Assembly: GCA_043808155.1 (NCBI GenBank)
Contig: JAZDFD010000028.1
Span: 1 to 64,000, forward strand
Length of the DNA stretch: 64,000 nucleotides
Direction: 5' to 3'
From: Candidatus Iainarchaeum sp.
Lineage (GTDB): Archaea; Iainarchaeota; Iainarchaeia; Iainarchaeales; JAZDFD01
Under the pieces are notes generated by a model. That model searched no databases. It was not told the origin of the DNA and saw only the letters and a list, made by a program, of their open reading frames with translations. The translations under genes and the position numbers were made by a program. Numbering within the stretch: position 1 is the first letter of the stretch; every line of letters starts with the position of its first letter. This document shows, piece after piece, positions 28,566 to 40,653 of this stretch.

Positions 28566-30389
28566 TTGATGGCGAGCAGAGCAAAAGTGTATATTAACGG
28601 TCGATTAATTGGTTTCTATGATGATGGAATCAAATTGACTGAAGAACTTATCCGAGCAAGACGTGAGGGAAAATTGAGTCATCTTGCAAATATTGCACAT
28701 CACAAAGACACTAATGAAATTTATATTAACACAGATGCGGGAAGAGTACAAAGACCACTTATTATTGTAGAAAAAGGAAAATCAAAAATAACACAGGACC
28801 AGTTGAACAAATTAAAAGAAGGAAAATTAGGCTGGGACGATTTAATAAAAGCAGGTGCAATTGAATATTTAGATTCTGAAGAAGAAGAAAATGCATATGT
28901 TGCAATTGACGAAGACGCATTAACAAAAGATCATACACATCTGGAAATTAACCCTGCAGGAATGTTTAGTATTATTTCATCATTAATTCCGTTCTTACCG
29001 CACAACATGGCAGGTAAGGCACTGCACGGTGCAAAAATGTTTAAACAGGCAATTGGAATTCCCGGAATTAATTATAATTTGAGAACCGATACTGAAAGCT
29101 ATTTACTTTATTATCCTGAAAAAAACATTGTAAGATCAAGAACAATGGATACTATTGAAATGGATAAGCGTCCTCAGAGCCAGAACTTTGTTGTTGCAAT
29201 TATGCCTTTCGAAGGTTTCAATATGTTAGATGCACTTATTCTGAACAAAGGTGCAGTTGAACGTGGGCTTGGAAGATCATGCTATTTCAGAACATATGAA
29301 GCAGCAGAAACAAGATATCCTGGTGGACAAAAAGATACATTCGGAATCCCTGATGAAGAAACAGAAGGATACTACGAAGATGAATTCTATAAAAACTTAG
29401 GGCCTGACGGTTTGATAAGAGTTGAATCAAAAATTGATGGTAAGGAAATTATTATTGGCAGAACATCACCTCCAAGATTTTTAGAAGAAATTTCAGATTT
29501 CGGTGTTTCAAAAGAAAAAAGAAGAGAAAGCAGTATAACTGCAAGAAAAGGAACCATTGGATCTGTTGACAAAGTAATGATTACTGAAAATGAAGACGGA
29601 AACAAACTTGCAAAAGTTAAAATAAGAAGCGAAATGTGGCCTGAAATCGGAGATAAATTCTCAAGCAGACATGGTCAGAAGGGAGTTATTGGTGCAATAA
29701 TTCCTGAAGAAGACATGCCATACACAATAAATGGAATCAAACCAGATATGATTTTGAATCCACACTCAATTCCTTCAAGAATGACAATAGGGCATCTTCT
29801 TGAAATGCTTGGTGGAAAAGCAGCAAGTGTATCTGGAAAGTTTATCGATGGAACTCCATTCAATTCAGTTTCAAGAAAAGATATTGAAAAGATTCTGAAT
29901 GAACATGGTTTTAGAAGTGATGGAAAAGAAGTATTTTATAATGGTTTTACTGGTGAAAGAATTGAAGGCGATATTTTTACGGGTATTTGTGCTTACAGAA
30001 GATTATTCCACATGGTTTCACACAAAGTACAGGCACGTTCAAGAGGTCCTGTGCAAATCTTAACAAGACAGCCAACTGAAGGAAAAGAAAAAGAAGGTGG
30101 ATTAAGATTTGGTGAGATGGAAGGTGAAACATTAGTAGGACACGGTGCCGCAATGCTCCTTCAGGAAAAGTTTATTGATGACTCTGATAAAACAACTGAA
30201 TTAGTATGTGAAAAATGCGGAGTTATTGCAGTAAACGATGTCATAAGAAACAGAAAATTCTGTCCAACATGCGGCGGAAGCAAAGTTTACGCAGTTGAGA
30301 TGAGTTATGGTTTCAAATTATTACTTGATGAATTAAAAGCATTGGGTGTATTACCGCAATTAAAATTAGCGGATAAGGCGAGTGATTAA
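28566..30389 (+). CDS. rpoB1: RNA polymerase subunit B' (Rpo2C)
   Basis: GDKFSSRHGQKG and RQPTEG..GGLRFGEME motifs; C-terminal Zn ribbon. Confidence 0.96.
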   Translation: MMASRAKVYINGRLIGFYDDGIKLTEELIRARREGKLSHLANIAHHKDTNEIYINTDAGRVQRPLIIVEKGKSKITQDQLNKLKEGKLGWDDLIKAGAIEYLDSEEEENAYVAIDEDALTKDHTHLEINPAGMFSIISSLIPFLPHNMAGKALHGAKMFKQAIGIPGINYNLRTDTESYLLYYPEKNIVRSRTMDTIEMDKRPQSQNFVVAIMPFEGFNMLDALILNKGAVERGLGRSCYFRTYEAAETRYPGGQKDTFGIPDEETEGYYEDEFYKNLGPDGLIRVESKIDGKEIIIGRTSPPRFLEEISDFGVSKEKRRESSITARKGTIGSVDKVMITENEDGNKLAKVKIRSEMWPEIGDKFSSRHGQKGVIGAIIPEEDMPYTINGIKPDMILNPHSIPSRMTIGHLLEMLGGKAASVSGKFIDGTPFNSVSRKDIEKILNEHGFRSDGKEVFYNGFTGERIEGDIFTGICAYRRLFHMVSHKVQARSRGPVQILTRQPTEGKEKEGGLRFGEMEGETLVGHGAAMLLQEKFIDDSDKTTELVCEKCGVIAVNDVIRNRKFCPTCGGSKVYAVEMSYGFKLLLDELKALGVLPQLKLADKASD

Positions 30390-33027
30390 AATGCTGATGA
30401 AAAAAATTTCCGCAGTTCAATTCAGAATTCTTAGTCCACAGATTATAAGAAAAATGTCAACAATGGAAGTTAAGACACCTGATACTTATGATAAAGATGG
30501 TTATCCGATGGAAGGCGGACTTATGGATCCGCACCTAGGTGTGATTAATCCTGGTTTAAGATGTAAAACATGCGGACAAAAAATGAAAGAATGTCCAGGT
30601 CACTTCGGAAGTCTGGAATTAATAAGACCTGTTATTCATTCAGAATTTGGAAGGAAGTTAGAAATATTAATGCACGCAACATGCCAGACATGCGGAAGAA
30701 TCACTCTCCCTGCTAAAGATTTAGAAAAATTAAGAGAAGAATCAAAAGGAAAAGCAAGAGATCTTTCAAAGAAAATTGTTCTTAAAGCAAAAAAAGTCAA
30801 AAAATGCCAGCATTGTGGTGGCATCAAAGGATTAGTTATGCTTGATAAACCAACAAACTTTTTCTTAGACAAAGACAGAATTTATCCAACTCAGATAAGG
30901 GAATGGATTGAAAAAATACCTGACAGTGATTTAATGCTGTTTGGTTATAATACTGAACACATAAGACCTGAGTGGTTTATACTTACAGTTATGCCTGTTC
31001 CGCCAATTACAATAAGACCGTCCATTACACTGGAATCGGGAATAAAATCAGAAGATGATTTAACACACAAATTAGTTGATATTATCAGAATTAATATGCG
31101 ATTGAAAGACAACATTGATGCAGGTGCACCACAATTAATTATTGAGGATTTGTGGGATTTGCTCCAGTATCATGTTACAACTTATTATGATAATAACACC
31201 GCAGGTGTTCCACCTGCAAAGCACAGAAGTGGACGTGCATTAAGAACAATTATACAGAGACTGAAAGGTAAGAAAGGAAGATTCAGACACAATCTTACAG
31301 GTAAGAGAGTTAACTTTGCAGCACGTTCTACAATTACACCTGATCCTTTTATTTCAATTAATGAGGTCGGAATTCCGGAAATGGTTGCAAATGAATTAAC
31401 AGTACCGGAACACGTAAGTGAATGGAACAAAGAAGAAATTAAAAAACTGATAAAAAATACTGACAAAGTAGTTTACATCATAAGACCAAATGGTCAGAGA
31501 AGAAAACTTAATAAGGAAAACATAGCTGAAATCTTAGAAGAATTAGATGTTGGTTACAAAATTGAGAGAGTTTTAAGTAACGGAGATATTGTTCTTTTCA
31601 ACAGACAGCCATCTTTGCATAGGTTGTCCATGATGGCACATAACGTAAGAGTTTTACCAGGTAAAACATTCAGAATTAATCCTATTGTTTGTAAACCTTA
31701 CAACGCAGATTTTGATGGAGATGAAATGAACGTACATGTTCCACAGACTGAAGAGGGTAAAACAGAAGCACGTGAATTAATGTTTGTGCAAAATCATATT
31801 TTGAGCCCAAGATATGGTGCGCCTGTTATTATTTTAGATGAAGATGGTGTTTCCGGAATTTATATTTTAACACACAGAACAACAACTTTTTCCAAAAAAG
31901 AAATGATGAAATATCTGTATGAAATGGGAATTGAAGAATTGCCAAAACCAGACAGGGGAAAAAGATATTCAGGAAAATCTTTGTTTTCATTCCTTTTACC
32001 AAAAGATTTGAATTTGGAATATAAAACAAAGAGCTGTAAAATAATCCAAAAAGCAAATCCATGCAAAGAATGCACAAAAGAAAGATGCCCACATGATTGC
32101 TATGTGAAAATAAAAGATGGTCAATTAGTTAACGGGGTTATTGATGATGCAAGTCTTGGTGAAGGAATGGGTAGATTAGTTGATGCACTGGCAAGAAACT
32201 ATGAACCAGCAGTAATTACAAATTTTTATGATAAAATATCAAAAGTTGTAAGTGATTTAGTAACTGTGAAAGGAATGACAGTTGGTTTAGATGAATATGA
32301 AGTAAGTGACAAAATTAAGAGAGCAAAAGAACGCGCAGTTCAGGAAGAACTGGAAAAAGCAGAAGAATTAGTTGCACTTTACAAAAAAGGAAAGTTAGAC
32401 TTAATCCCAGGAAGAACACTGGAAGAAAGTTTTGAAATAAGAATGATGAGACTCGGTGCACAAATCAAAGATAAAATTGAAAGAGCACTTATGGAAGAGA
32501 GACTGCAGAGACTTGAAACAAACGGAAAATTAAGATTAGACAGTATGATTATGATTTTGAGTGGTTCCAGAGGAAGCAGTATTAACCTTATGAATATTGC
32601 AGGTTTCTGGGGTCAGGCATCCGTAAGAGAGGGGAGACCAAAGAGAGGATACACAAACAGATTAATAACATTGAATGAACCAAATGATGTTGGTGCAATT
32701 TCAGGTGGATTCATAAAATCAAACTTTATGGATGGAATGGAACCAAAAGAATACTTCTATCACAGTATGGGTGGAAGACAGGGTGAAGTTGACACTGGTG
32801 TTTCTACAAAGGTTTCAGGTTATCTGTACAGAAGACTTGCAAACTCACTGAAAGATTTGGTAATTTACAATGATCATACTACAAGAACAGCTGCAAAAGA
32901 AATTGTACAATATAATTATGGTGACGATGGTGTTTTCCCAATGAAAACAGTACGCGGTAAAAATATTGATATTGAAGAAGAGCTTACAAAAATGGAAACC
33001 CGTGAAAGGTTGAGTGGTAAAAAATGA
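30382..33027 (+). CDS. rpoA1: RNA polymerase subunit A' (Rpo1N)
   Basis: Catalytic [11 protein letters not shown]; CPGHFG; NRQPSLH. Confidence 0.97.
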   Translation: MIKMLMKKISAVQFRILSPQIIRKMSTMEVKTPDTYDKDGYPMEGGLMDPHLGVINPGLRCKTCGQKMKECPGHFGSLELIRPVIHSEFGRKLEILMHATCQTCGRITLPAKDLEKLREESKGKARDLSKKIVLKAKKVKKCQHCGGIKGLVMLDKPTNFFLDKDRIYPTQIREWIEKIPDSDLMLFGYNTEHIRPEWFILTVMPVPPITIRPSITLESGIKSEDDLTHKLVDIIRINMRLKDNIDAGAPQLIIEDLWDLLQYHVTTYYDNNTAGVPPAKHRSGRALRTIIQRLKGKKGRFRHNLTGKRVNFAARSTITPDPFISINEVGIPEMVANELTVPEHVSEWNKEEIKKLIKNTDKVVYIIRPNGQRRKLNKENIAEILEELDVGYKIERVLSNGDIVLFNRQPSLHRLSMMAHNVRVLPGKTFRINPIVCKPYNADFDGDEMNVHVPQTEEGKTEARELMFVQNHILSPRYGAPVIILDEDGVSGIYILTHRTTTFSKKEMMKYLYEMGIEELPKPDRGKRYSGKSLFSFLLPKDLNLEYKTKSCKIIQKANPCKECTKERCPHDCYVKIKDGQLVNGVIDDASLGEGMGRLVDALARNYEPAVITNFYDKISKVVSDLVTVKGMTVGLDEYEVSDKIKRAKERAVQEELEKAEELVALYKKGKLDLIPGRTLEESFEIRMMRLGAQIKDKIERALMEERLQRLETNGKLRLDSMIMILSGSRGSSINLMNIAGFWGQASVREGRPKRGYTNRLITLNEPNDVGAISGGFIKSNFMDGMEPKEYFYHSMGGRQGEVDTGVSTKVSGYLYRRLANSLKDLVIYNDHTTRTAAKEIVQYNYGDDGVFPMKTVRGKNIDIEEELTKMETRERLSGKK

Positions 33028-34313
33028 CTGCAAAAAAAGAAACAATTAAGAAAGCAGCTGCAACGAAGACAGTAGTGAAGGTAACTAAAGCAATGGTAAA
33101 AACAACTGCTAAAACTGACAAAACCGAAAAGACAAAGAAAAAAACAAAAGCAGAAATAAAAGAAAATGAAATTGAATCCAGTTATAAAGAAGAACTCTGG
33201 GAAAGTTCACCAATACCAAAAATCGTGCTTGATGAAATTGCAATACTTGCAGAAAATAAAAAACTTTCAAAAGAAAAAACAGACAGACTTATTGATCAGG
33301 TTAAACACAGATGGAACTGGCTTAAGGCTGAGCCTGGTGAATGTGTTGGAATAATTGCAGCACAAAGTTTAGGTGAACCAGGAACACAGTTAACACTAAG
33401 AACAAAGCACTATGCAGGTGCTGCTGAAGTTTCCGTTGGTTCAGGAATTCAGAGAGTTGAGGAAATTGTTGATGGTAGAAGCAAAGCAAAATATCCTACA
33501 ATGACAATTTACTTAAATGATGACATCAGAGGGAATGAGGCAGCTGCAACAAAGTTTGCAAAATTATTAATTGATGTCAGAATTCAGGATGTTGTAAAAT
33601 TATACGAGGATTTTGAGAAAAATAAATTTACACTTGAACTGTTAGAAGATGAAATTAAAGACAGAAATTTTGATGAAAAAGAACTTCTTGAAATAATAAA
33701 AGAAAATGTTAAAGGCGTGAAAGGAAAGCAGAGAAAAAATACTATTGAATTTGAATTCCCTTCAAAAGAACCGCTCTTGAAAATAAGAAAAATTATTTTG
33801 AAACTTATGAAAGTGAAAGTTCACGGAATTAAAGGAATTGACAAAACAATTGTTTCTGAAAAAAACGGAGAATACAGAATTAAAACATCCGGAAGCAACC
33901 TTAAAGCAGTTCTAAAGATGAAAGAAATTGACCCCACAAGAACAATCACAAATGACATTATGGAAATATGTAAAGTTTTGGGTTTAGAAGCAGGAAGAAG
34001 AATGGTTGTGCAGGAATTAACAAGAACACTTGATGAAAATGATATTCGTGTTGATGTAAGACACCATATACTTTTAGCAGATGCCATGACATTCCAGGGA
34101 GAAATCAAAGGAATTGTCAGAACAGGAATTACAAGAGGCAAAAGCAGTCCTTTCGCAAGAGCGGCATTTGAAGAAACCACAAAACATTTGCTTGATGCGG
34201 CATTCAAAGGCGAAGTGGAATATTTACAGGGTGTTGTTGAAAACATCATAGTTGGACAGCCGATTAAAGTTGGTACTGGAATCGTGGAATTAGTTATGAG
34301 AGAACAGAAATAG
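33024..34313 (+). CDS. rpoA2: RNA polymerase subunit A'' (Rpo1C) with Lys/Thr-rich N-terminal extension
   Basis: [21 protein letters not shown] and ENIIVGQ..GTG motifs. Confidence 0.96.
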   Translation: MTAKKETIKKAAATKTVVKVTKAMVKTTAKTDKTEKTKKKTKAEIKENEIESSYKEELWESSPIPKIVLDEIAILAENKKLSKEKTDRLIDQVKHRWNWLKAEPGECVGIIAAQSLGEPGTQLTLRTKHYAGAAEVSVGSGIQRVEEIVDGRSKAKYPTMTIYLNDDIRGNEAAATKFAKLLIDVRIQDVVKLYEDFEKNKFTLELLEDEIKDRNFDEKELLEIIKENVKGVKGKQRKNTIEFEFPSKEPLLKIRKIILKLMKVKVHGIKGIDKTIVSEKNGEYRIKTSGSNLKAVLKMKEIDPTRTITNDIMEICKVLGLEAGRRMVVQELTRTLDENDIRVDVRHHILLADAMTFQGEIKGIVRTGITRGKSSPFARAAFEETTKHLLDAAFKGEVEYLQGVVENIIVGQPIKVGTGIVELVMREQK

Positions 34314-34323
34314 GTGAGTAAAG

Positions 34324-34626
34324 ATGAGCATAGATGCAAACAAGGAAATCAGAAGAGCAGTAGACACTGGAAAAACAATTATGGGTGTACGTGAAAGTGA
34401 AAAAAACATATTAAACGGGAAATCAAAACTTATTATTATGAGTGAAAATATTCCTCAAGATGTTTCTGAAAGAATTGAAAGTTTGTGCAAAACCTCAGAA
34501 ATTGCGTTATACAAATACAAAGGAACCAGCATGTCACTAGGTTCAGTATGCGGAAAACCATTTCCAATAGCAGTAATGTCAATTGAAAGCACAGGGAAAA
34601 GCAAAGTTTCAGAATTAAGTAAGTGA
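34324..34626 (+). CDS. rpl30e: Ribosomal protein eL30
   Basis: TGK..G and LGSVCGKPF motifs; conserved position. Confidence 0.93.
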   Translation: MSIDANKEIRRAVDTGKTIMGVRESEKNILNGKSKLIIMSENIPQDVSERIESLCKTSEIALYKYKGTSMSLGSVCGKPFPIAVMSIESTGKSKVSELSK

Positions 34627-34639
34627 CTATCAGTATAAC

Positions 34640-35062
34640 GTGGATAATATGAAAATTAGTAACGAAGAAATATTGTATATTAATGCGCTTTCAAATGCGT
34701 CTAATGTAACTGCAAAAGATTGTCTCATCGGAGAAGGTGTGATTTCTTTTTTGGTTAACGGGAAAGATCTTGGAAAAGCAATAGGTAAAAATGCTTCAAC
34801 AGTCAAAACTTTAAGTCAGAAACTTAAAAAAAATGTTGAAATATTTGGATATTTTAAAGAAGTCAAAGAATTCATTAAAAAGGCATTTCACAATGTTAAA
34901 ATTGATGACATAGAAATAAAAGAAAATAATGAATCAAAGGAAGTTCTGCTTTCAGTTGACTTCGAAAACAAGAGAAAACTCTTTTCAAACAGAAAAAGGA
35001 TGGACAGAATCAAACAAATCTTAGAAAGGAATTATAAGGTTACAGGGATAAGGATTAAATAA
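34640..35062 (+). CDS. nusA: Archaeal NusA-like KH protein
   Basis: [10 protein letters not shown] motif; lies between L30e and S12. Confidence 0.9.
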   Translation: MDNMKISNEEILYINALSNASNVTAKDCLIGEGVISFLVNGKDLGKAIGKNASTVKTLSQKLKKNVEIFGYFKEVKEFIKKAFHNVKIDDIEIKENNESKEVLLSVDFENKRKLFSNRKRMDRIKQILERNYKVTGIRIK

Positions 35063-35099
35063 AGTATCTGTAAAGAAAATATGTTTAAATGGTGAAATT

Positions 35100-35534
35100 A
35101 TGGCAAAAGGTGAATTTTCAGCAAAACAGCTTGAGAAAAAGCGAAAGAAGTGGAAATGGAAAAAGAAAACCTATAGACAGGCAAAATTAAATCCTAAGAA
35201 AGCGAAAAAACAGGATTTGCTTGAGGGTTCACCACAGGCACGCGGAATTGTTATTGAAAAGCGTGGAGTTACAGCAAGACAGCCAAACTCAGGAATCAGA
35301 AAATGTGTAAGAGTTCAGCTTATCAAAAACAGCAGACAGTTAACTGCAATGGCACCCTTTGATGGTGCAATTAAGTATATTGATGAACACGATGAAGTTT
35401 TGGTTGAAGGTATTGGCGGTTCAAAAGGAAGTGCAAAAGGAGACCTTTGGGGTGTGAAATACAAAGTTATTAAAGTAAATAATCAAAGTTTGGAAATGCT
35501 CAGAACAGGAAAGAAAGAGAAGGTTAAGAGGTAA
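35100..35534 (+). CDS. rps12: Ribosomal protein uS12
   Basis: [17 protein letters not shown]. Confidence 0.96.
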   Translation: MAKGEFSAKQLEKKRKKWKWKKKTYRQAKLNPKKAKKQDLLEGSPQARGIVIEKRGVTARQPNSGIRKCVRVQLIKNSRQLTAMAPFDGAIKYIDEHDEVLVEGIGGSKGSAKGDLWGVKYKVIKVNNQSLEMLRTGKKEKVKR

Positions 35535-35539
35535 TTAAA

Positions 35540-36145
35540 ATGACTACAAGGATTTTTAACAAATGGGACACTGTAGATGTGAAAGTGAATGATTTAGGAA
35601 TCGCTAATTACATTATGCTTGACACAAAAATAATTCCTCATACTTTCGGTAAAGGCACAAGAAAAAGATTTGCAAAGGGCAGTGTTAATGTTGTTGAAAG
35701 ACTTGTAAACAAACTCATGCGTTCAGGTCAGGGAAAACGAAAGATGAGTGGTAAATACATCCGAGGACGCGGTGGATGCGGAAAAAAATTACAAGCACTG
35801 AATATTGTTGAAAATGCATTTGAAATAGTTGAAAATAAAACAAAAACAAATCCTGTTCAGGTTTTAGTAGATGCAATTGCAAACGCATCTCCAAGAGAAG
35901 ACACCACAAGAATTAAGAAAGGTGGAATCAGCTATGCACAAGCAGTAGATGTTGCACCAATGAACAGAGTAGATGAAGCAATTAAAAATATTGCATTATC
36001 AGCTTTTGCTGGTTCGTTCAAAAATAAACGTTCACCTGCAGATGCATTAGCAGAAGAACTTATACTTGCATCAAAAGGCGACGTGAAGAGTTTCTCAGTA
36101 AAAAGAAGAGACGAAATTGAAAGAATTGCAAAGAGCTCTAGATAA
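35540..36145 (+). CDS. rps7: Ribosomal protein uS7
   Basis: NPVQVLVDAI..PREDTTRI and ERIAKSSR. Confidence 0.96.
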   Translation: MTTRIFNKWDTVDVKVNDLGIANYIMLDTKIIPHTFGKGTRKRFAKGSVNVVERLVNKLMRSGQGKRKMSGKYIRGRGGCGKKLQALNIVENAFEIVENKTKTNPVQVLVDAIANASPREDTTRIKKGGISYAQAVDVAPMNRVDEAIKNIALSAFAGSFKNKRSPADALAEELILASKGDVKSFSVKRRDEIERIAKSSR

Positions 36146-36173
36146 GTAGTGAAGTTTGTTATGGTGAGTTATA

Positions 36174-38366
36174 ATGGCTAAGAAAGAAGACGTTGTTGCA
36201 ATGGCAGCAAAGCTTATGGGGAACAGACAGAACATCCGAAACCTCGGTATTGTTGCACATATTGATCATGGAAAAACTACAATGACAGACTCATTAGTTG
36301 CATCTTCAGGATTAATTTCTGAAGAATTAGCAGGCAAACAGCTTTTCATGGATCACTATGAATTAGAGCAGGAAAGAGGAATAACAATTAATGCAGCAAA
36401 TATTTCAATAACTCACAATTATAACAACCAAGAATATTTGATTAATATTATTGATACACCAGGACACATTGACTTTGGTGGAGATGTTATCAGAGCAATG
36501 CGTGCTGTTGACGGTGTAATTGTTGTTGTTGATGCAGTTGAAGGTGTTATGCCTCAGACTGAAACTGTAATAAGACAGGCATTGAAAGAATATGTTAAAC
36601 CAGTTTTATTCATTAACAAAGTTGACAGATTAATTAATGAACTGCAGGTAACTCAGGAAGAAATGCAGCAGAGATTTGTAAAAACAATTGCCGGCGTAAC
36701 AAATCTGATTAAGAAAAACATTCCAAAAGAATTTGGAAATGAATGGATCCCTAATGTTGAAAACGGATCAGTTGTATTTGGATCAGGATATTACAAATGG
36801 GCAATTTCAGTTCCGCAAATGAAAAAAAAGAATATATCATTCAAAGATATTTATGATCATTTAAAACAGGAAAAACAGAAAGAACTTAGCAAGAAAATTC
36901 CTCTTGCTGAACCAATGCTTGAGATGGTTATTAATCACTTGCCTAATCCATTAACAGCACAAAAATACAGAACACAGGCAATATGGAAAGGAGACATTGA
37001 AAGTGAAGTTGGGAAAGCTATGATGACTTGTGACCCAAATGGTCCTTTTTCAATGATGGTTACAGATGTGTCTGTTGATCAGCATGCAGGAGATGTTGCA
37101 ACAGGGAGAATTTATTCAGGAACTTTAAGAAAAGGTTCAAGAGTAAAACTTATTGGTGGGCAGAAAGAAGCAGTAATTCAGCAGGTCGGTGTGTTCATGG
37201 GCCCAGAAAGAGTTCCAATGGACGAAGTATCTGCAGGAAATATTGCAGCATTAGTTGGGTTAAGAGATGTTTATACTGGTGAAACACTTTCAAGTGTTGA
37301 TATGTCTGAATTTGAAAGCTTCAAATCAACAACAGAACCAGTTATTACTATTAGTGTTGAAGCAAAACACACAAAAGATTTACCAAAACTAATTGAAGTT
37401 TTAAGACAAATTACAAAGGAAGACCCGAATGTAATAGCATCACTTAATCAGGAAACAGGCGAACATCTAATTTCAGGAATGGGTGAACTTCACCTGGAGG
37501 TTACACAGCACAGAATAAGCCACGATCACAAAGTTGAGATTAATGTTGGTAATCCAATTGTTGTTTACAGAGAAACTATAAATAATGAATCTGATATTTT
37601 AGAAGGTAAAAGTCCTAACAAACACAACAAACTGAAAATGTATGTTGAGAGATTGCCTGATGAAATTATTGAAAAATTAAAAGATACAAAGCTTGAAGGA
37701 AAACTAAAAGCAAAAGACAAAGAAGTTGTTGCAAAATTAGAAGAAGCAGGCTTTGGACGGGATGAAGCAAAGAAAGTGTGGGCAATACACAACAATTGTG
37801 TGTTGGTGGACATGACACGTGGTATTCAGGCATTGCACGAAATTAAAGAACTTGTTATTGAGGGATTTATTGATGCCATGAAACAGGGGCCACTAGCAAA
37901 AGAAAAATGCTTTGGGGTAAAAGTTATACTAGATGATGCAAAATTACACGAAGATGCAATTCACAGAGGACCTGCACAGATTCTTCCAGTAATGACAAGA
38001 ACAATTTACGCATGTATGCTTTCAGCAGACCCAGTACTTCTTGAACCTAAACAAATTCTTACTTTAAGTGTTCCGGAAGATAATTTGGGTTCTGCATCAA
38101 AAGAATTGAGTTCCAGAAGAACACAAATTAATGAGATGAGAACTGAAGGTGACTCAAATATCATTATTGCAAAAGTCCCTGTAAAAGAAATGATTGGGTT
38201 TTCACAATCAATAAGAGGTGCAACCCAAGGACGTGCACTCTGGACTGCAGAATATGCTGGTTACGAAGAATTACCAAGAGAACTTCAGCATAATGTTGTT
38301 ACGGAAGTAAGAAAGAGAAAAGGAATGGACCCAACAGTAAAACCATACCATTTCTTTTTGGAATAA
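36174..38366 (+). CDS. fusA: Elongation factor aEF-2
   Basis: AHIDHGKTT, ERGITI, DTPGH, NKVD; diphthamide loop HEDAIHRGPAQ. Confidence 0.98.
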   Translation: MAKKEDVVAMAAKLMGNRQNIRNLGIVAHIDHGKTTMTDSLVASSGLISEELAGKQLFMDHYELEQERGITINAANISITHNYNNQEYLINIIDTPGHIDFGGDVIRAMRAVDGVIVVVDAVEGVMPQTETVIRQALKEYVKPVLFINKVDRLINELQVTQEEMQQRFVKTIAGVTNLIKKNIPKEFGNEWIPNVENGSVVFGSGYYKWAISVPQMKKKNISFKDIYDHLKQEKQKELSKKIPLAEPMLEMVINHLPNPLTAQKYRTQAIWKGDIESEVGKAMMTCDPNGPFSMMVTDVSVDQHAGDVATGRIYSGTLRKGSRVKLIGGQKEAVIQQVGVFMGPERVPMDEVSAGNIAALVGLRDVYTGETLSSVDMSEFESFKSTTEPVITISVEAKHTKDLPKLIEVLRQITKEDPNVIASLNQETGEHLISGMGELHLEVTQHRISHDHKVEINVGNPIVVYRETINNESDILEGKSPNKHNKLKMYVERLPDEIIEKLKDTKLEGKLKAKDKEVVAKLEEAGFGRDEAKKVWAIHNNCVLVDMTRGIQALHEIKELVIEGFIDAMKQGPLAKEKCFGVKVILDDAKLHEDAIHRGPAQILPVMTRTIYACMLSADPVLLEPKQILTLSVPEDNLGSASKELSSRRTQINEMRTEGDSNIIIAKVPVKEMIGFSQSIRGATQGRALWTAEYAGYEELPRELQHNVVTEVRKRKGMDPTVKPYHFFLE

Positions 38367-38496
38367 AGTCGGAGGTATGCATATTTAAATATTGTGTTAT
38401 AGATTATATATTGCGGAAATGGCTAAATGGGGGGCATATTCGGCATTTAACACAAATATTTAGAAATAATTTGATATTTATTGGAGGGAGGAGATT

Positions 38497-39816
38497 ATGG
38501 CAGATAAACCACACATAAATCTTGTATTCATTGGTCACGTTGACCATGGTAAGAGTACATTAGTTGGTAGACTTTTATACGATGCAGGGTCATTAAGTGA
38601 ACAGGAATACAGAAAGCTTGAGGCAGAAGCAAAGGAAAGAGGTAAAGGAACTTTTGCTTTCGCATATGCAATGGATAACCTCAAAGAAGAAAGAGAAAGA
38701 GGTATTACCATTGATGTTGCATACAGGAAATTTATTGCAAAAAAGAATGAATTCACAATTATTGATGCACCTGGTCACAAAGATTTTGTAAAAAATATGA
38801 TTACAGGAACAAGTCAGGCAGACGCAGCTGTTTTAGTTGTTGCAGCAAAAGAAGGAATCATGGCACAGACAAAGGAACACGCATTCCTTTCACAGGTCAT
38901 GGGAATCAAAAACATGGTTGTTGCAATAAACAAAATGGATGAAGTAGGTTACGATGAATCCAAATTTAAAGGTATTAAGGCGGATTTAGAAAAATTATTA
39001 AAGGGTGTTGGATTTAAAACAGACACATTGAAGTTCATCCCTGTTTCAGCATGGGAAGGCACCAATGTTGTTAAGAAATCTGATAAATTAGGATGGTATA
39101 AGGGTGACACATTATTAGAAACTCTTGATGCATTACCTGCACCTCAGTTACCGACAGACAAACCTTTGAGAATTCCTGTTCAGGATGTTTACACCATTAA
39201 GGGTGTTGGAACAGTTCCTGTTGGAAGAGTTGAAACCGGAATTATTAAACCAGGTGATAAAATAATTATTGAGCCAACAGGTGCAACTGGTGAAGTAAAA
39301 ACAGTTGAAATGCACCACGAAGCACTTCCAATGGCAAAACCAGGTGACAACATCGGTATTAACATCAGAGGAATTGGTAAATCTGATGTTGCAAGAGGAG
39401 ACGTAATAAGTCACGCAAGTGATCCTGCAACAGTTGCAAAGGAGTTCATTGCACAGATTGTTGTATTGAACCACCCAACTGCAATACCAGTAGGTTACAC
39501 ACCAGTATTCCACATGCACACAGCACAGTTAAGCTGTACATTGACGGAATTGCAGAAAAAACTCGATCCATTAACAGGCGCAGTTAAGGAAGAAAACCCA
39601 AAGTTCCTTAAGACAGGGGACGCAGCAATTGTAAAGATTGTTCCTACAAAACCTGTTGTTTGTGAAGAGTATAAGAAATTCCCACAATTGGGAAGATTTG
39701 CAATTAGAGACATGGGTCAGACAGTTGCAGCAGGAATTATCATAAGCGTAACACCTAAAGTAAGCGTAACGCCCAAGAGCGTAACACCTAAAGTAAGCGT
39801 AACGCCCAAGAAATGA
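38497..39816 (+). CDS. tuf: Elongation factor aEF-1alpha with repeated SVTPK tail
   Basis: [18 protein letters not shown] and GRFAIRDMG motifs. Confidence 0.98.
   Translation: MADKPHINLVFIGHVDHGKSTLVGRLLYDAGSLSEQEYRKLEAEAKERGKGTFAFAYAMDNLKEERERGITIDVAYRKFIAKKNEFTIIDAPGHKDFVKNMITGTSQADAAVLVVAAKEGIMAQTKEHAFLSQVMGIKNMVVAINKMDEVGYDESKFKGIKADLEKLLKGVGFKTDTLKFIPVSAWEGTNVVKKSDKLGWYKGDTLLETLDALPAPQLPTDKPLRIPVQDVYTIKGVGTVPVGRVETGIIKPGDKIIIEPTGATGEVKTVEMHHEALPMAKPGDNIGINIRGIGKSDVARGDVISHASDPATVAKEFIAQIVVLNHPTAIPVGYTPVFHMHTAQLSCTLTELQKKLDPLTGAVKEENPKFLKTGDAAIVKIVPTKPVVCEEYKKFPQLGRFAIRDMGQTVAAGIIISVTPKVSVTPKSVTPKVSVTPKK
39745..39810 (+). repeat. Perfect 33 bp tandem duplication at the 3' end of tuf
   Basis: AGCGTAACACCTAAAGTAAGCGTAACGCCCAAG twice. 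Confidence 0.9.
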
Positions 39817-39845
39817 GGGCGTTAATTTTCCTTTTTTATTTTTAT
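39800..39845 (+). terminator. Hairpin plus T-tract after tuf
   Basis: TAACGCCC...GGGCGTTA followed by TTTTCCTTTTTTATTTTT. Confidence 0.55.
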
Positions 39846-39853
39846 GAGACTCA

Positions 39854-40174
39854 GTGATTAATATGCAGAAAGCCAGAATTAAACTTACAAGTCCGGACTA
39901 CGACATTCTTGAAGATATCTGTTCAAAAATACTTGAAGTTGCACAAAGAACCGGTGTGAAGCATTCTGGTGCTATTCCAATGCCAACAAAGAAATTAGTT
40001 GTCCCTGCAAGAAAGAGTCCTTGTGGCGGTGGCACTGAAACTTATGAAAAGTGGCAATTGAGAATTCACAAAAGACTGATTGATATTGAAGCAGATGAAC
40101 GAACTCTGAGACGTGTCATGAGGGTTGAAATTCCTGAAAACGTACACGTTGAGATTGAATTAAAAGAAAACTAA
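39854..40174 (+). CDS. rps10: Ribosomal protein uS10
   Basis: RKSPCGGGT...RIHKRLID. Confidence 0.96.
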   Translation: MINMQKARIKLTSPDYDILEDICSKILEVAQRTGVKHSGAIPMPTKKLVVPARKSPCGGGTETYEKWQLRIHKRLIDIEADERTLRRVMRVEIPENVHVEIELKEN

Positions 40175-40227
40175 TTTTTAGACTTAGCCTCTACTTTTTT
40201 ATACTATTTTGTTCTATCTATAAGAGT

Positions 40228-40650
40228 ATGTACGAATATTTTGAACACACAGCAGATATTGGGGTAAGAGGCTTTGGTATTAATTTAGCATCTGCTTTTG
40301 AGGAAATTGCCAAAGGAATGTTCAATATCATGGTGGATATTGAAAGTGTAAATGAACGTCAGGAAGTTGAAATTACTGCAGAAGCAGATACTAAAGAAAA
40401 TTTACTTATTGAATGGCTTAATGCTTTGATTGCAGAAGCAGACCAGAAAGAAATGACTTTTGCCAGTTTTCAGATTCAGGAATTAAGAAATGTTGGAACA
40501 GGATATTATCTGAAGGCTATTGCTATTGGCGAAGCTTTAGATCCAAAAAGACATAATGTTAAAATCGAAGTTAAAGCTGCAACTTATTCTCAGTTAAAAG
40601 TTGAATTCCGCAGAGATAAAGTAATGGTTCAGTGCATTGTTGATGTTTAA
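40228..40650 (+). CDS. Archease
   Basis: YEYFEHTADIG, EVKAATY and C-terminal VDV. Confidence 0.95.
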   Translation: MYEYFEHTADIGVRGFGINLASAFEEIAKGMFNIMVDIESVNERQEVEITAEADTKENLLIEWLNALIAEADQKEMTFASFQIQELRNVGTGYYLKAIAIGEALDPKRHNVKIEVKAATYSQLKVEFRRDKVMVQCIVDV

Positions 40651-40653
40651 TCT

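Noticed and set aside
32030-32105. Extra Cys cluster in RpoA' and its CxKERCP similarity to the small ORF at 23819
   Set aside because: An additional Zn site in this region is known in some archaeal RpoA' proteins, and the short match is probably coincidental
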